A stretch of DNA of 63,987 bases, counting the filler, from Folioceros fuciformis (taxonomy: Eukaryota), in assembly GCA_049999805.1 (NCBI GenBank). It is 7 parts of 7 records of this genome, joined end to end, with 100 filler letters (N's around TTAATTAATTAA, not from the genome) between each part and the next. Parts side by side here need not be neighbours in the genome. Positions count along the whole stretch, not along the records: positions 22,372 to 43,777 come from JBNGIO010005327.1; positions 43,878 to 58,622 come from JBNGIO010005328.1; 5 more parts are not named here. The stretch is one strand, 5' to 3'. Shown here in pieces: positions 38,219 through 49,699 of the stretch (positions are counted from its first letter, which is position 1; every line of letters begins with the position of its first letter). A model generated the notes under the pieces. The model was not told the DNA's origin and did no database searches. It saw only the letters and a list, made by a program, of their open reading frames with translations. Both the position numbers and the translations under genes were made by a program.

Positions 38219-39932
38219 TCGGCCGCCTGCAGAACTGCCGTCCGTTACGGAAACGCTTCCAAATTGAGTTCAGGATCTGCCTCCAACGAATCCTCCTTGC
38301 CTGGCAAGCATCACCATGCGTGTAAGGCCATCAGAGACCGCCAACGAGTGCATTCCACACACTCCTGGAGAAGAGAATGGTCTGTCGCGTCTTACACACG
38401 ACTCCGAAACTTGCGCCTGTTGCCACTCCCAGACTCCAACATAGCACGCTCATGAACTCTGCTACCGGTGTCACAGGTGCAGGAGGCTGGTCGGGGACAG
38501 CGTCACATGGCATAAACCTAATGCAGCATCCATCGTCCCTATGTAGTGTGCAGCACCCACAATTATTCCACTAGGGTTTCGCAAATTTAGTGTGCATTTC
38601 CGCCAATACCTCACTTGCAGGAGCTAATCTACTCCACACCAAGGAGCCAAAGCATGGAAGTTGTGCAGATCAACCACACAGCATGTGACTCAGCGGAGTC
38701 CGTGCAAAAGCAGCAAGTCAAATTCATCAACTCGACCATTGGTGAGTTTGCTTGTCTGAGGAAGCTTTACGGTTCGTTCTGAAAGGGAAGAATTGCGCTT
38801 TCCGCTAATCTTTGCTCTCCTCCAGCACAAATTTTTGGTGTCTGTTAAGAATATCTTGGGTGGATGGTGCCCCCTTGACCACTGTGATTGGATTCACCAC
38901 TGCCTGAGCAAGATCACAAACAATTTGAGCATGGAGAACGTTTTATCCATCAGCTGTTGGCTGCTGTCCCTACTATTTTAGACAGGGTGTGGTTAGTTCA
39001 CCAATGAACTGTGTGTCACCACAAAAGGTGTCAATTACCCTGGCAAGCTACTTAGGTCCTCAAGATGCTCAGGACAAGAATCATGCCATGTGATGTGGGA
39101 GGGGCTGTGTCGCAGATATCTTTGTTGCTGATCTCTATGTCCTGGTGTTCAATCACACAGTTGGAGTAGGGCCGTCTGGCTCTGCACAGTTGTATTTAAG
39201 TTTATTCTGAGGGTTACCGGATTCTGAAGCTCTTGACGAAGCCATGCCTCGTGTCCCCTTGGTTGCCAGACCTGTTTATTGGAGGAAAGATCTCCCGCAG
39301 CTGGTAGATATCACAATGACGCAGGCCCTTGAAAGTTTCACTTTCTTCTGCTTTTTGACCATCTGCTCTGGGTTCTGTCCTCCCTGAGCATCATATGCTC
39401 GTTCCTCAGTTGGGGTGGAAAACGACAGACATGCACTGTGACATCAGGCACACGAAGACTTTGAGCTCGGCCTGCACAGAGGAGATTCTCTCGTTACTGT
39501 TCTTGAAATCTATCTTCGCACTTTGTTCTTGACTGCAGGCAGCAGCACAGTGGAGCGAACGTCACGGGAGGGCAGCCGGTAATGTTGAATATCGTATGGC
39601 GGTGTAGATTGGCGAATGGCAACGCCAAGGCTTAGATGCAAACGACGACGCTGAGACTCCAGCACACGCTTGGAGTGTGAGAGGTTACAGGTTAAGCTAT
39701 TCAACATCCCATCGTCTCTCAAACCGTGTACCCAATTTGTTGTAATAAGCAAATGTTTTCGTGAAGACGAAATTGTTGGTGATTTGAATGACCAAAAGGC
39801 TGGTTGGTAGTGACAATATCCCTGTGCTGAGTTTGGGAGCAAGGTGGTGATGGCGCTGCGTCGTGTCATGCAAATCCATCATCAATTCTGCTCGTAGCCC
39901 TTGTCGCCTTCTTGTGGCCCACAGGGCCCGCG

Positions 39933-42428
39933 ATGGCTGCCATGGCGGGCGTCGCATTTGAATTACGGCAGGGGCAGCAGGACACATTTTGGGGACAGCT
40001 TTCTGGGGCTCAGAAAAGTGGGGGGTTAGCGGTTCTTCGAGGACGAAGTCCTGCTTGTCTAGTGAACAAACAGTCGGCAAACAACGACGGCGCGAGCTGC
40101 AGCAGCTTTCGGCATGGGCTGTCCCGAAAGATTGTGTACAAGCCGTTTCGGGTGGATGCTCAGCTTGCTGCTCCGGCGACGGGTATGGGGATGGGTCGTC
40201 GGGGCTCCGAATCCAACTCCAGCTTTCTGAATGAATCTGACCTCGGCAGGACTGCAGGATGCCAAAGGGCCGTAACTGGTGAAATCGTGAGCAAGCTGTG
40301 TGATCAGGGCCATCTGAGTGAGGCTGTGGAGGCTTTGGGAGTCCTTGTCCAGATAGACTGCGGCATTGCGAAATCTCTCTTCTATACTGTTCTCAAGAAG
40401 TGCGCAGTCAAGAAGGATCTTGTTCTGGGTCGCCGCGTTCATGCATTCACGGTGTTTAAGGGTCATCAGTCAGACACGTTCCTGGGCAACCATATTCTGA
40501 GAATGTATACTTCTCATGGCAGGTTGCAAGAGGCGATGGATGTGTTCACCATGGTCCCGAAACCAGATAATTTCATGTGGTCTTCCATAATGTCTGCATA
40601 TGTTCAAAACGGACTAGACAAGGAGGCCGTAGAACTTTATCATCGGATACGCAGGTCAGGCCTGAAGCCAGATGGCCATGTGTTCGTTGCGGCCCTTCAG
40701 GCTTGCGCAAGGGGAGCAGACCTGAAAACTGGGCAAGAACTGCATGCTGATGTGGTGGCTAGTGGGGTGGAGCCGGATTTGTTTGTCTGTAATTGCTTGG
40801 TGGACATGTATGCAAAGTGTGGCAGCTTGGAAGACGCTCAGCGAGTGTTTGACGGACTGAGTAAGAAAGACGTGGTGACGTGGACTGCTATGATAGCAGG
40901 ACATTCGCAGCAGGGCTTGGGCCGGGAAGCCCTTAGTCTCTACAGTGCAATGCAAGATGAAGGCATCGCTGTACCCAATGCCGTGACATTTGTGTGCCTC
41001 CTCCAGGCCTGTGCGAGTGTGGGCACCCCAGCTTTGGAACAGGGGAAGCAGCTTCACGTGCAGATCAGGAAAAGTGGACATGAAGCTGATGCGTTTGTGG
41101 CTAGCGGTTTGGTGAATATGTATGCAAAGTGCGGCAGCCTAGAGGACGCTGAGAGTGTGTTCGAGGGACTCCTTTACAAAAACGTGGTGACATGGACTGC
41201 TATGATAGCAGGGTATTCCCAGCAGGGCAAGGGTCAAGAAGCCCTTCGTCTTCATAGTGCTATGCAACAAGAAGGCATGGCTGTACCGGACTCGGTCACA
41301 TTCGTGTGTCTTCTTCAGGCTTGTGCAAACGTGGGCCCCACTGCATTGGAGAAGGGCAAGCAGCTTCATGCACAACTCAGAGAGGAGGGGCATGAGGCTG
41401 ACGTGTTTGTAGCCAGCAGTTTGGTGAATATGTATGCAAAGTGTGGCAGCTTAGAGGATGCCCACAGAGTGTTTGATGGACTTGGGCAGAAAGATGTGGG
41501 GACATGGAATGCAATGATAGCAGGATACTCCCAGCAGGGCATGGACCAGGAAGCCCTTGGTCTTTACTCAGTTATGCAAGAACATGGCAAGACTGTGCCC
41601 AATATGGTGACATTTGTGTGCCTCCTCCAGGCATGTGCAAATGTGGCAGCGCTGCATGTGGGAAAGCAGCTACACTCACAGATTGAGGAACACGGGCTTC
41701 TTTCTGATGTTTGTGTGGCCCGTAGTCTGATTAACATGTATGGCAAGTGCGGGAGTATGGTTGATGCGCAGCAGGTGTTTGACGACATGCCTGAGAGAGA
41801 TGTGGTCGCCTGGAGCTCACTGATTGCAGGCTATACTTGTCAAGGGAACAGTGATGTGGTCTTCGTCTTGGTCCAGAGGATGAGAGAGGACGGCGTACAG
41901 CCCGACGCCATTACGTTCCTACATTTACTCACGGTATGCAATCATGCGGGTTTGGTAGACAAGGGGAGAGAGTACTTCGAGTCTATGAGCAGACAGTATC
42001 GCATTACTCCCACAGTGGAGCATTACACATGCATGGTGGATCTGTTGGGCCGAGCAGGCGAAATGGATGAGGCACTGTCTCTGGTAAGGGCAATGCCTGT
42101 ATTGCCTAATGCTGTGGTTTGGCACAACCTGTTAGGTGCTTGTCGAAAGTGGAGCAACGTAGAGGTAGGACGACGGGCCTTCGATGAAGCCGTGAAGCTA
42201 GATGAGAAAGATGCCGCCGCCTATGTGATGATGTCAAACATATACACAGATGCCCAAATGTGGGAGGAGGCACAGGAGATGCAGGCCAGGAGGATGAGAA
42301 AGGGTGCGTGGAAGGATCCAGGTCAGAGCTGGTGGATCGACATGGATGGATTGACTCATGCTTTCTTGGTGGGAGATCAGAAGGAGCCAAAGTGTCAAAG
42401 CAAGGTCGACACATCGCAATACGATTGA
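39933..42428 (+). CDS. PLS-class PPR protein (organellar RNA-editing factor type) with E1/E2 and a truncated DYW:WW-like start
   Basis: Intronless ORF with a transit-peptide-like N-terminus, repeated P-L-S triplets, HYTCMVDLLGRAG, VWHNLLGACR and AYVMMSNIY. These are followed by KDPGQSWWIDMDGLTHAFLVGD and a stop. Confidence 0.93.
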   Translation: MAAMAGVAFELRQGQQDTFWGQLSGAQKSGGLAVLRGRSPACLVNKQSANNDGASCSSFRHGLSRKIVYKPFRVDAQLAAPATGMGMGRRGSESNSSFLNESDLGRTAGCQRAVTGEIVSKLCDQGHLSEAVEALGVLVQIDCGIAKSLFYTVLKKCAVKKDLVLGRRVHAFTVFKGHQSDTFLGNHILRMYTSHGRLQEAMDVFTMVPKPDNFMWSSIMSAYVQNGLDKEAVELYHRIRRSGLKPDGHVFVAALQACARGADLKTGQELHADVVASGVEPDLFVCNCLVDMYAKCGSLEDAQRVFDGLSKKDVVTWTAMIAGHSQQGLGREALSLYSAMQDEGIAVPNAVTFVCLLQACASVGTPALEQGKQLHVQIRKSGHEADAFVASGLVNMYAKCGSLEDAESVFEGLLYKNVVTWTAMIAGYSQQGKGQEALRLHSAMQQEGMAVPDSVTFVCLLQACANVGPTALEKGKQLHAQLREEGHEADVFVASSLVNMYAKCGSLEDAHRVFDGLGQKDVGTWNAMIAGYSQQGMDQEALGLYSVMQEHGKTVPNMVTFVCLLQACANVAALHVGKQLHSQIEEHGLLSDVCVARSLINMYGKCGSMVDAQQVFDDMPERDVVAWSSLIAGYTCQGNSDVVFVLVQRMREDGVQPDAITFLHLLTVCNHAGLVDKGREYFESMSRQYRITPTVEHYTCMVDLLGRAGEMDEALSLVRAMPVLPNAVVWHNLLGACRKWSNVEVGRRAFDEAVKLDEKDAAAYVMMSNIYTDAQMWEEAQEMQARRMRKGAWKDPGQSWWIDMDGLTHAFLVGDQKEPKCQSKVDTSQYD

Positions 42429-42867
42429 AGAACACAAGTCACGCTCATCACCAGCGGAGACAACCTGAGCATGAAACAGGGAACACAGCGAAGTGCCGGC
42501 TATCGCATACTGTGGAGACATGCTACGCCCCAGCTCATGCATCAAGCTTTTCTGGGATTCCTTTCCAGAGTGCTTCACGGAGCAGGTCGATGCGAAGGCT
42601 ACTTACGGCTTCTCATTCTTGTGTCAGACTTGCCTGCCATCTATTTCCCGCAACCCGGCATCTGCCGTGATTGCGGGGATTTTAGAAAGGCAAGCCATTC
42701 CACAACGAAGCCACTGTTCCACAACACACACAGCCACGAGATGTTCTGCGCTTTGCTCTAGCGACATACGAACACAAAGAGGTGCAACTGGTAGGGCGGC
42801 CGTGGCACAGGCATCTGCAACGGGTCGCAGGCACGGAGCTCCGAAGACCCGGAGAAGTGCGGTCTCA

Positions 42868-42937
42868 GCACAGAGCCCGGAAGACCTGGAGAAATGGGGA
42901 GGCAGGCGCAGAGCCCAGAAGACCTGGAAAAATGGGG
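42868..42937 (+). repeat. Short direct repeat (CAGAGCCCRGAAGACCTGGARAAATGGGG), 2 copies
   Basis: AQSPEDLEKWG appears twice in the ORF track. Confidence 0.75.
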
Positions 42938-44102
42938 TTTCAGGCATGAAGTCTCGAAGAAGCGAAGAAGCCAGCCATCACGTGTGATCCGACAAGTTCT
43001 GTACATGGTGTTCGGGCAGTTATGGATCGGTTGCTCCTTGGGATGGCACACCCAACTTCAGCAACAAGAAATCTAGTTAAGAAAGTCCTAATCCTACTGC
43101 GTTTCAACACCTGTTCTCCAACAATGAGGCATTCTTTTATTTTACTGGGTAATAAACTAAGTGAAGGTCACTACCGTAGAATGTCATATTTTTGCTCATA
43201 TTTTGAAAAGTAATAGAAAGTTTTTAACTAACCTATCCAATTGAAATGGCCCTGGACAAAGGCCTGTGCAGGTGCAAGGACTGCCAAATTTGAAGGATCT
43301 GGGTTTGCCTTTTCAACTTTGTGCACTTTGTTCTCTTTTTTTTAACTGATAAATGTGTTTTAAAAAAGTGTACTTATAATAAATCAAAAATTAAAATACA
43401 CAAAGCATTGGCAAGATAGTGGTGACTTTTTTTTATTGAAGATTCTTTGTTAATTATTCAAGATATAACAACAACATGCTCTCTTTAAAATAAATTCTTC
43501 TAGACAATATGATACAATAAAACAAGTTCCATAAACAAATAATGGGGAATTCAAACAAATGCATAGAATAGAACAAGTATGATCAGAAAAATAATGAGAA
43601 ATTCAAACAAAACACATATTCTGTTATACCTATGATAAATAATAATAATAATGGGAGAGACAAACAAGTCAACATCTAGCTAGAGTAAAATGAGTATGAT
43701 AAACGAAACATCGGGAATGCAAAAATATGGACGTTTAATTAGGAAAAAAACAACAAGTTTGGAAAATGAATAATAGANNNNNNNNNNNNNNNNNNNNNNN
43801 NNNNNNNNNNNNNNNNNNNNNTTAATTAATTAANNNNNNNNNNNNNNNNNNNNNNNNNNNNNNNNNNNNNNNNNNNNCAGATCGGCCCTTGAACAGACTT
43901 GCAATTAATCGGTAAATAAAGCTGCTTGTCCTCGAGGTTCTCCTTCTACGTAAGTAAGTACATACGTGTTCTCACAAAGACACTCCTCCATGCATATTCC
44001 AACCAATAGCCCTAGTGTACACCCAAAGGAGCCTTCTCGTGTCTTGCTACCATGGGTCGAGTCCTCATCGCGACAACAGCACGAGCGCACGTACCATTTG
44101 CG

Positions 44103-44805
44103 ATGGGGTTCCTCACTCTCCTCTTACTGTTGGTCTTGGGAGCTGTAATTCCTGGAACATCAGCAAGTTCATCTTGGAGCGTCTGTGGTTGGTTACCCCT
44201 CTCGATGTATTCTGGATGTGTCACGGTTTTGTCAGGGCTCTCACCTCACGCTTGCTATTGCAGACTCGAGATCATACCCTGTCATCGTGAAGGGTGTGAC
44301 GGTGAATCCAGACCCTGTGGTAAGCGGGGATGTCGCCGAGTTCATAATTCCGGTATGTGTATTCAGATGCAGGTTTGCGGCAGTCTTCCCTCGCGTCCGA
44401 GAGGAGTGGAATGTTACCCTTGGTGTGGACCTGGTCTGTGTGCAGATGAGGAGATAACGGGCGGGACGGTATCGATCACCGTATACTTCCACAACATCCC
44501 TGTGCACAGCGAAAAGGACGACCTGTGCTCCAAGACACTGTGCCCGATCCAGCCTGGTGAATTCACGTTGAGCAATTCTGAAATCCTTCCGAAGATCACT
44601 CTTCCGGTATGTTTCTCTCTCCCTTTCCCTCCCTGTTTGCCTGCTGCTCTGAAGTCCTGGTCCTCAGCAGATGCCTTGTCTCACCACGGGTGGTTTGAAT
44701 TGTCAATTGGAGAAGGGCTCGTACAAAATCAAGCTGCAAGTTATGGATACTTCCGGAAACGTGCTGACATGCACGTATGTGAACTTTGAGATCACTTGGG
44801 CCTGA
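44103..44805 (+). CDS. MD-2-related lipid-recognition (ML / NPC2 / PG-PI transfer) protein, about 4 exons
   Basis: Signal peptide MGFLTLLLLLVLGAV; YPVIVKGVTVNPDPVVSG; DLCSKTLCPIQPGEF; GSYKIKLQVMDTSGNVLTC...FEI. The phase of the second intron could not be resolved by eye. Confidence 0.88.
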
Positions 44806-46989
44806 CCTTCTCAAGTAGACTCCCAGGCTACCGAGTTCCCATCCATCCTGCAGCACAAGGCGGGTGAGCAGCCTGCCATAAGCCGCATCGCCAGCAAGTA
44901 AACAGTGACGCTAGAGAGCGCGCGTGTACATAATACAAAGCCATACACATTCAGATATCATGTAGCTAGCCAAGCCTTTCATCCCAGAGTTTCAGGTGTT
45001 CCTTAACCCTCCGTTATTACGTGTCTTGACGCTGATCTTGCTCGTATGTAATTCCTGATTCTAATCGATCGACAATGTTGTGGTACAAAGATCTTCGTGT
45101 TTTCCACCTACCTTCGTTCAGCGTACATATCGTCATGGGTCACGACGTATCGGCATAAGTCATCCCAGTCCAAAGGAGGTTTAGAGTGGTGCAAGTGGTA
45201 CAACAGCATGGTGGAGGAGTTAGGACATGGAACATGTTGCTGTCGGTGGAAAATTGGGACGTGCGACGTGCAGCAGCTGCTAGTAGAGGAGTTGAAACTA
45301 GACCTTGAGGGTCATTGTCGTGGTGAGCTACTCTTGTGGGATAAGAACTAGCTTAATTGGAGTATGCCCTCCGTGGTGGAAGAAGAATATGGCATGCCAA
45401 ACCAGTCACGCTCTTTCCACATATTATTTTGATTCCTCTTGGGTATCTACCAGCCTCGTAGATACCCTGAGGATATTCTTCTTCATTGCTCATATTCTTT
45501 GTGTCCAGTTTGGCTATCCAACCAAGTAGTACATTGCACCAAATCGGACACAACACTAAATGTAGGGCTCCATAGTGTCAGCTGCAACATGTGTGAATGG
45601 CGATTCGCAACACCTCTAGATGGGCAATCCATTGTAGGCAAATGACAATTTAATAGGAGAGTGCACAATTTGGCTGGAGGACCCTAGCGGGACTCCTCAC
45701 TCTCGAGTGTGCTAAAGGCAAACTCGGGCAGTGTGATAGCGTAGTGATGGATCGTAGTTAGGCTTTCACAACGCCGTGTTCCATAGTTTCACCCACATAA
45801 GCCTACATTTTATGGTTAAGCGCCAAACTCGGGACGCTCGTCCCATCCCAGCCCAATATTGGTAGTATTGATATAATATTAATTCCCTCTCCATAATACG
45901 GCTTGGACCTAGATAAGGCCACCTTCCTGCACACATTTTTACTACCTTCCTACCTAGGGCGGAGCCGGAGCTGGAGCCGGTGTCACAAGGAGCGGGAGTG
46001 GCAAGCGGCGAGGAGTGGGAGCTGCAGGGGGGTGGTCAAAGCCCCGACGAGAGCTGGCTACGTCGGGGGCGTAGGGGCAAGGGATGCAAGGCCCTGCAAG
46101 TCCCCCACAGCTCACGGGTCCCAGTGGCCCTCTCTAGGGCTGATCCAGCGTGCCAGTTTGGGCGTGGCAACAGGGCCCATGTCGGACGGGGCCTAGGTCC
46201 GATAGACCCCAGGGGGTTCATCGCACTCTAGTTTGAGGCCCTTCGATCTGGCTGGAGGTGGGTTTGGCAAATCTTTCATCCTTTCATATTTTCCTTGTGT
46301 TATGGTTTCTTCTAATATTCGTAATTTCTGATTGGCCTTGAGATTTTTGGAGATCTTTGGTTCCACAGTATTTCTGCGTTTTGGCATTCAGGGCTGGAAG
46401 CTGGGATTATGCAAGCAGATCAAAGCTGTCGGGGTGTTTACTGTTGGTCTCTCTTCGGCCTTCTATTTTGTTCACTTATAGCACCTCATTCTTCCCCGTA
46501 TCCCATATGCAACAATTTATTCAAAGGGGTTATGGGGGTTAGGTGTCACGTGGTTAAAGTACACAAGGACTTTGATCGGACCCTTTGGGAGCTACATGTC
46601 AGGAGTGCTTCTTCCATTGCTGCTACTCTTTCAACTTCTCCTCTAGGTAGGCCCCTTGCTCCCTCGCAGGAATCAAGGTTTTGGCTACAAGCGTAGGCTC
46701 CTCATCTTCTAGCCGTTTATGAGACCTACCTTCCGGGGCCACGCATGTTTCGATGTTTCCCTAGGTGTTTGCATGACAATGTTCATCTTGCATACAAGCT
46801 GCCATTGGAGGGCCTTGCTTCGGACCCCCAAGATGAGTCAGCATAGACATTAATCCTTTCTCCCCACGTGTTGCCTTCATCGTTCTAGGGGTAGCCTTTC
46901 TAGTCATAGGGAAGGGAAGTGGCCTCTGGCCTTCGTCGGTTCTGAGCGGGGGATTGAGAGGCTTTATAGGTGGAGGCTGGCTGCGCTGT

Positions 46990-48560
46990 GAGATCCAAGT
47001 TGGAGTCCGCCAAGGCGGACCTAGTTTGTCAAGATCTCGCAAAGGCGCGTCTCAAGAGGTGTCTCTTACTTGGTCGGGAGGGGGAGTTTGCTAGGGCCAC
47101 CAGGGCCCTTCCGTTAGAGCTAGTGGTGTTGCCATCGTTGGAGACCATCGCCGCCCTCCATGCTTTGCATCTAGGCACAAGTGATCCCATCCCTCATAAG
47201 GTTCAGCATTTTGAGCCCGAGGAGCCTTTTTGCCTTGATCGGGTTGTATTTGGACGAGCTCTCATCACCGTGCCAAGACTTTCAACAAGGTCTACGCCTA
47301 ACGGTCGAATTTTGCAAAATCGGGCTTTGGAAGATTTTCTTCGTTTTTTTCGTGGCACATATCCACGATTCATGTTGTTTCACATAGAAGATGCCGAAAT
47401 AAACTGAACAACATTCACGACACACTTCGTATTCATCATGTTCACCAAGAAACCAGGTAAAATTGTGGGTTGGGAACAAAAAACTTCCTTGGTACTATCC
47501 AATTCCATGGTCGAACTGCTGTACCCAGCTACGACCACATGCGATGATAATTTCCGAAATCGACATTACTTAAAGTTGGTAAATGTGAGGGTCTTTTTGA
47601 ATTTCAATCATTTTCGCATGTGTGTGCTAGTTTGCCGGCGCACCCCCACAAACTCCTGCCTCAAACTCCCCCCGGACCCTATGTGGGTGTCCGTCGGCTG
47701 ATTGGCGCACTTCCTCAAGGAGTGCACTGGTCTACCAGCACATTGAAGTCTCGGATAGGCCATTTGAAGAAATTCTTCCAATGGCCTATTTAGGACAGTT
47801 TATGACTACCTTCGGAACTACTTTGCTCTGGAGAACCCTTCTAGTGGCTTCTCTGAGTTTTTTTCCTTGGTGGCTGCTATGGCACGGGGTGAGACTCCCC
47901 CTTGGATTGCTTTGGTTTGGGTGCCAGCAGGTTGCTGGCTTTGGAGAAACCCACACCGGGAGTGTGCGCCATCGCGGTGGGCAAGGCGTTCTTGCAGCTC
48001 ATTAGCCGCAGCACTACTCAGACTCCAACTCAGAGAGTAGCTTTAGGCCGACTTTAGCCCCCACCAATTGGGAATTACTCCTTCCAAGGGGCTATGAGGC
48101 GGTGGCCTTCGGGGTGAGAGCAGCCTTGGACCTGCATCCAGATTGGGTTTCCTTGCAGGTTGATGTGGAGAATGCCTTCAACACCGTCTCTAGGGTGGCT
48201 ATTTTCAACGAGCAGAAGGTTGATGGCGGTCGTTTGGAGTCTTTTATCCCCTTTGTCCGTTCCTTCTATGGTGCCTCGTCTAATCTCTACTTTCAACACG
48301 GGCCCACGGCGGAGGAGGTCTCAATGCTCGACTCGGCGACAAGTATCCACCGAGGGGATCCCTTGGGAGGGGCTCTATTTGCCATGGCTCACTTCAGAGC
48401 CCTTTCAATTACCTCTTCTGCGGTAGGGGATTATCTCTTCCCATCTGTGGCAGATGACACCCATCTCCAGGGTCCGAGGGATAAGGTTAGGGAGGTCTCC
48501 GAGCTTTTCTCAAAGGAGCTATTATGCTTGGGCCTAAAAGTCTAGATTTCGATGTGTAAG
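46990..48560 (+). mobile_element. Degenerate non-LTR retrotransposon reverse transcriptase, CRE-clade-like
   Basis: GEFARATRAL; ASRLLALEKPTPGVCAIAVG; HQLGI; LQVDVENAFNTVSR; GDPLGGALFAMA; SVADDTHL. Contains frameshifts and an insertion at 47295-47786. Confidence 0.75.
47295..47786. mobile_element. Non-coding insertion of about 490 bp flanked by TA, with a terminal palindrome
   Basis: Interrupts the RT region. TA occurs at 47293-47294 and 47787-47788, and TAGGCCATTTGAAGAAATTCTTCCAATGGCCTA lies at 47756-47788. Confidence 0.5.
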
Positions 48561-49699
48561 ATTTGGTCTTCGTTTGATTTCTGCGCTCGCACCAACCAAA
48601 GGAACAAGTCCGCCGTTGGGAAGTTGAAGAAAGATCGAGGGGTAGCCTTCTTGCACCTTGGACGCCTAGGCCACTTGTAGAGATATGGTTTGAAGGTTAG
48701 GGCCCAATTCTCGCCTAGTCAGAACCAGCATTGAACCTTTGCTTTGTCGGAGGTTTGTGGCCCAATTAGGCGTTCGCCTGGGCTACACCATCGCCCTACC
48801 CAAACAGACTTAGTGAGGACAGTGATAGCCCGCGATTCCCCTCCTCGGGCTTCCCCGTCATCACTGCCCTGGTCTTCCAAAAGTCCATCCGGCGACATGA
48901 CCTTGAACAACTTCAACGTCTCATTGCTATCCGATATCGCAAGCCAGACCACCCTATCTAGTTCTAAGGCTTCCACCTGATCATCTTCCTCCTCCGAGTC
49001 AGCTCCCCTACTATCCATGGAATATGCATACCACCCTTCCCCTCCTATGGTTGGTTGTTGCCTTAAGAACTATTGAACCTTTTCCTCCAGTCCCTCGTGC
49101 AACCACGAGAAAATGAGTCTGAAGTGCCGGGCCGCTAAACCAAACTCCCCTTTGACCTCCTCTATCTCCTTCCATCGAGCCTCTGATCTATTCCATAGAT
49201 GACCAAGTTGGATAATGCCTCTCTAAAAAGCCAACCCAAAAATTTGCGACCGATATACCCTTAACCTGAACTCCTGCGCCCACAACCTTGGAACCCTGCA
49301 AAGGAATACCAAGAACATCATCCGCTCAAGCAAAGTCACCCGGAATAACATATCGTTTAACCTCCAAGTAACTGTTCCAAATGGACTTGAAGAGTGGGGA
49401 GCATTTTGTAGTATCGAGTATCGGTTTGTCAGCCAGAATGTTGTCCATAGATCTTCTTCTCCTGGGTACAGCTTGGGTGCAGTCCAGATGTTGTGTTAGA
49501 AGGCTCTTCCAAGGATAGTGCGCCGGATCACCTGCCCTAACAACCTACTGAGCATCAACACTTTCATCTTGGCAACCGGGTCCACCACCCCAATGTAGAG
49601 TTATTAAAGCCCACATTAATGTGGGTTCCACATGCTGAACAGGTCTNNNNNNNNNNAGGATAAGGTAATGGGTTCCTCAGGATAAGGTAATGGGTGTGT

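Noticed and set aside
48560-49640. Possible L1-like ORF2 tail on the minus strand
   Set aside because: Too degraded to support with clear motifs.
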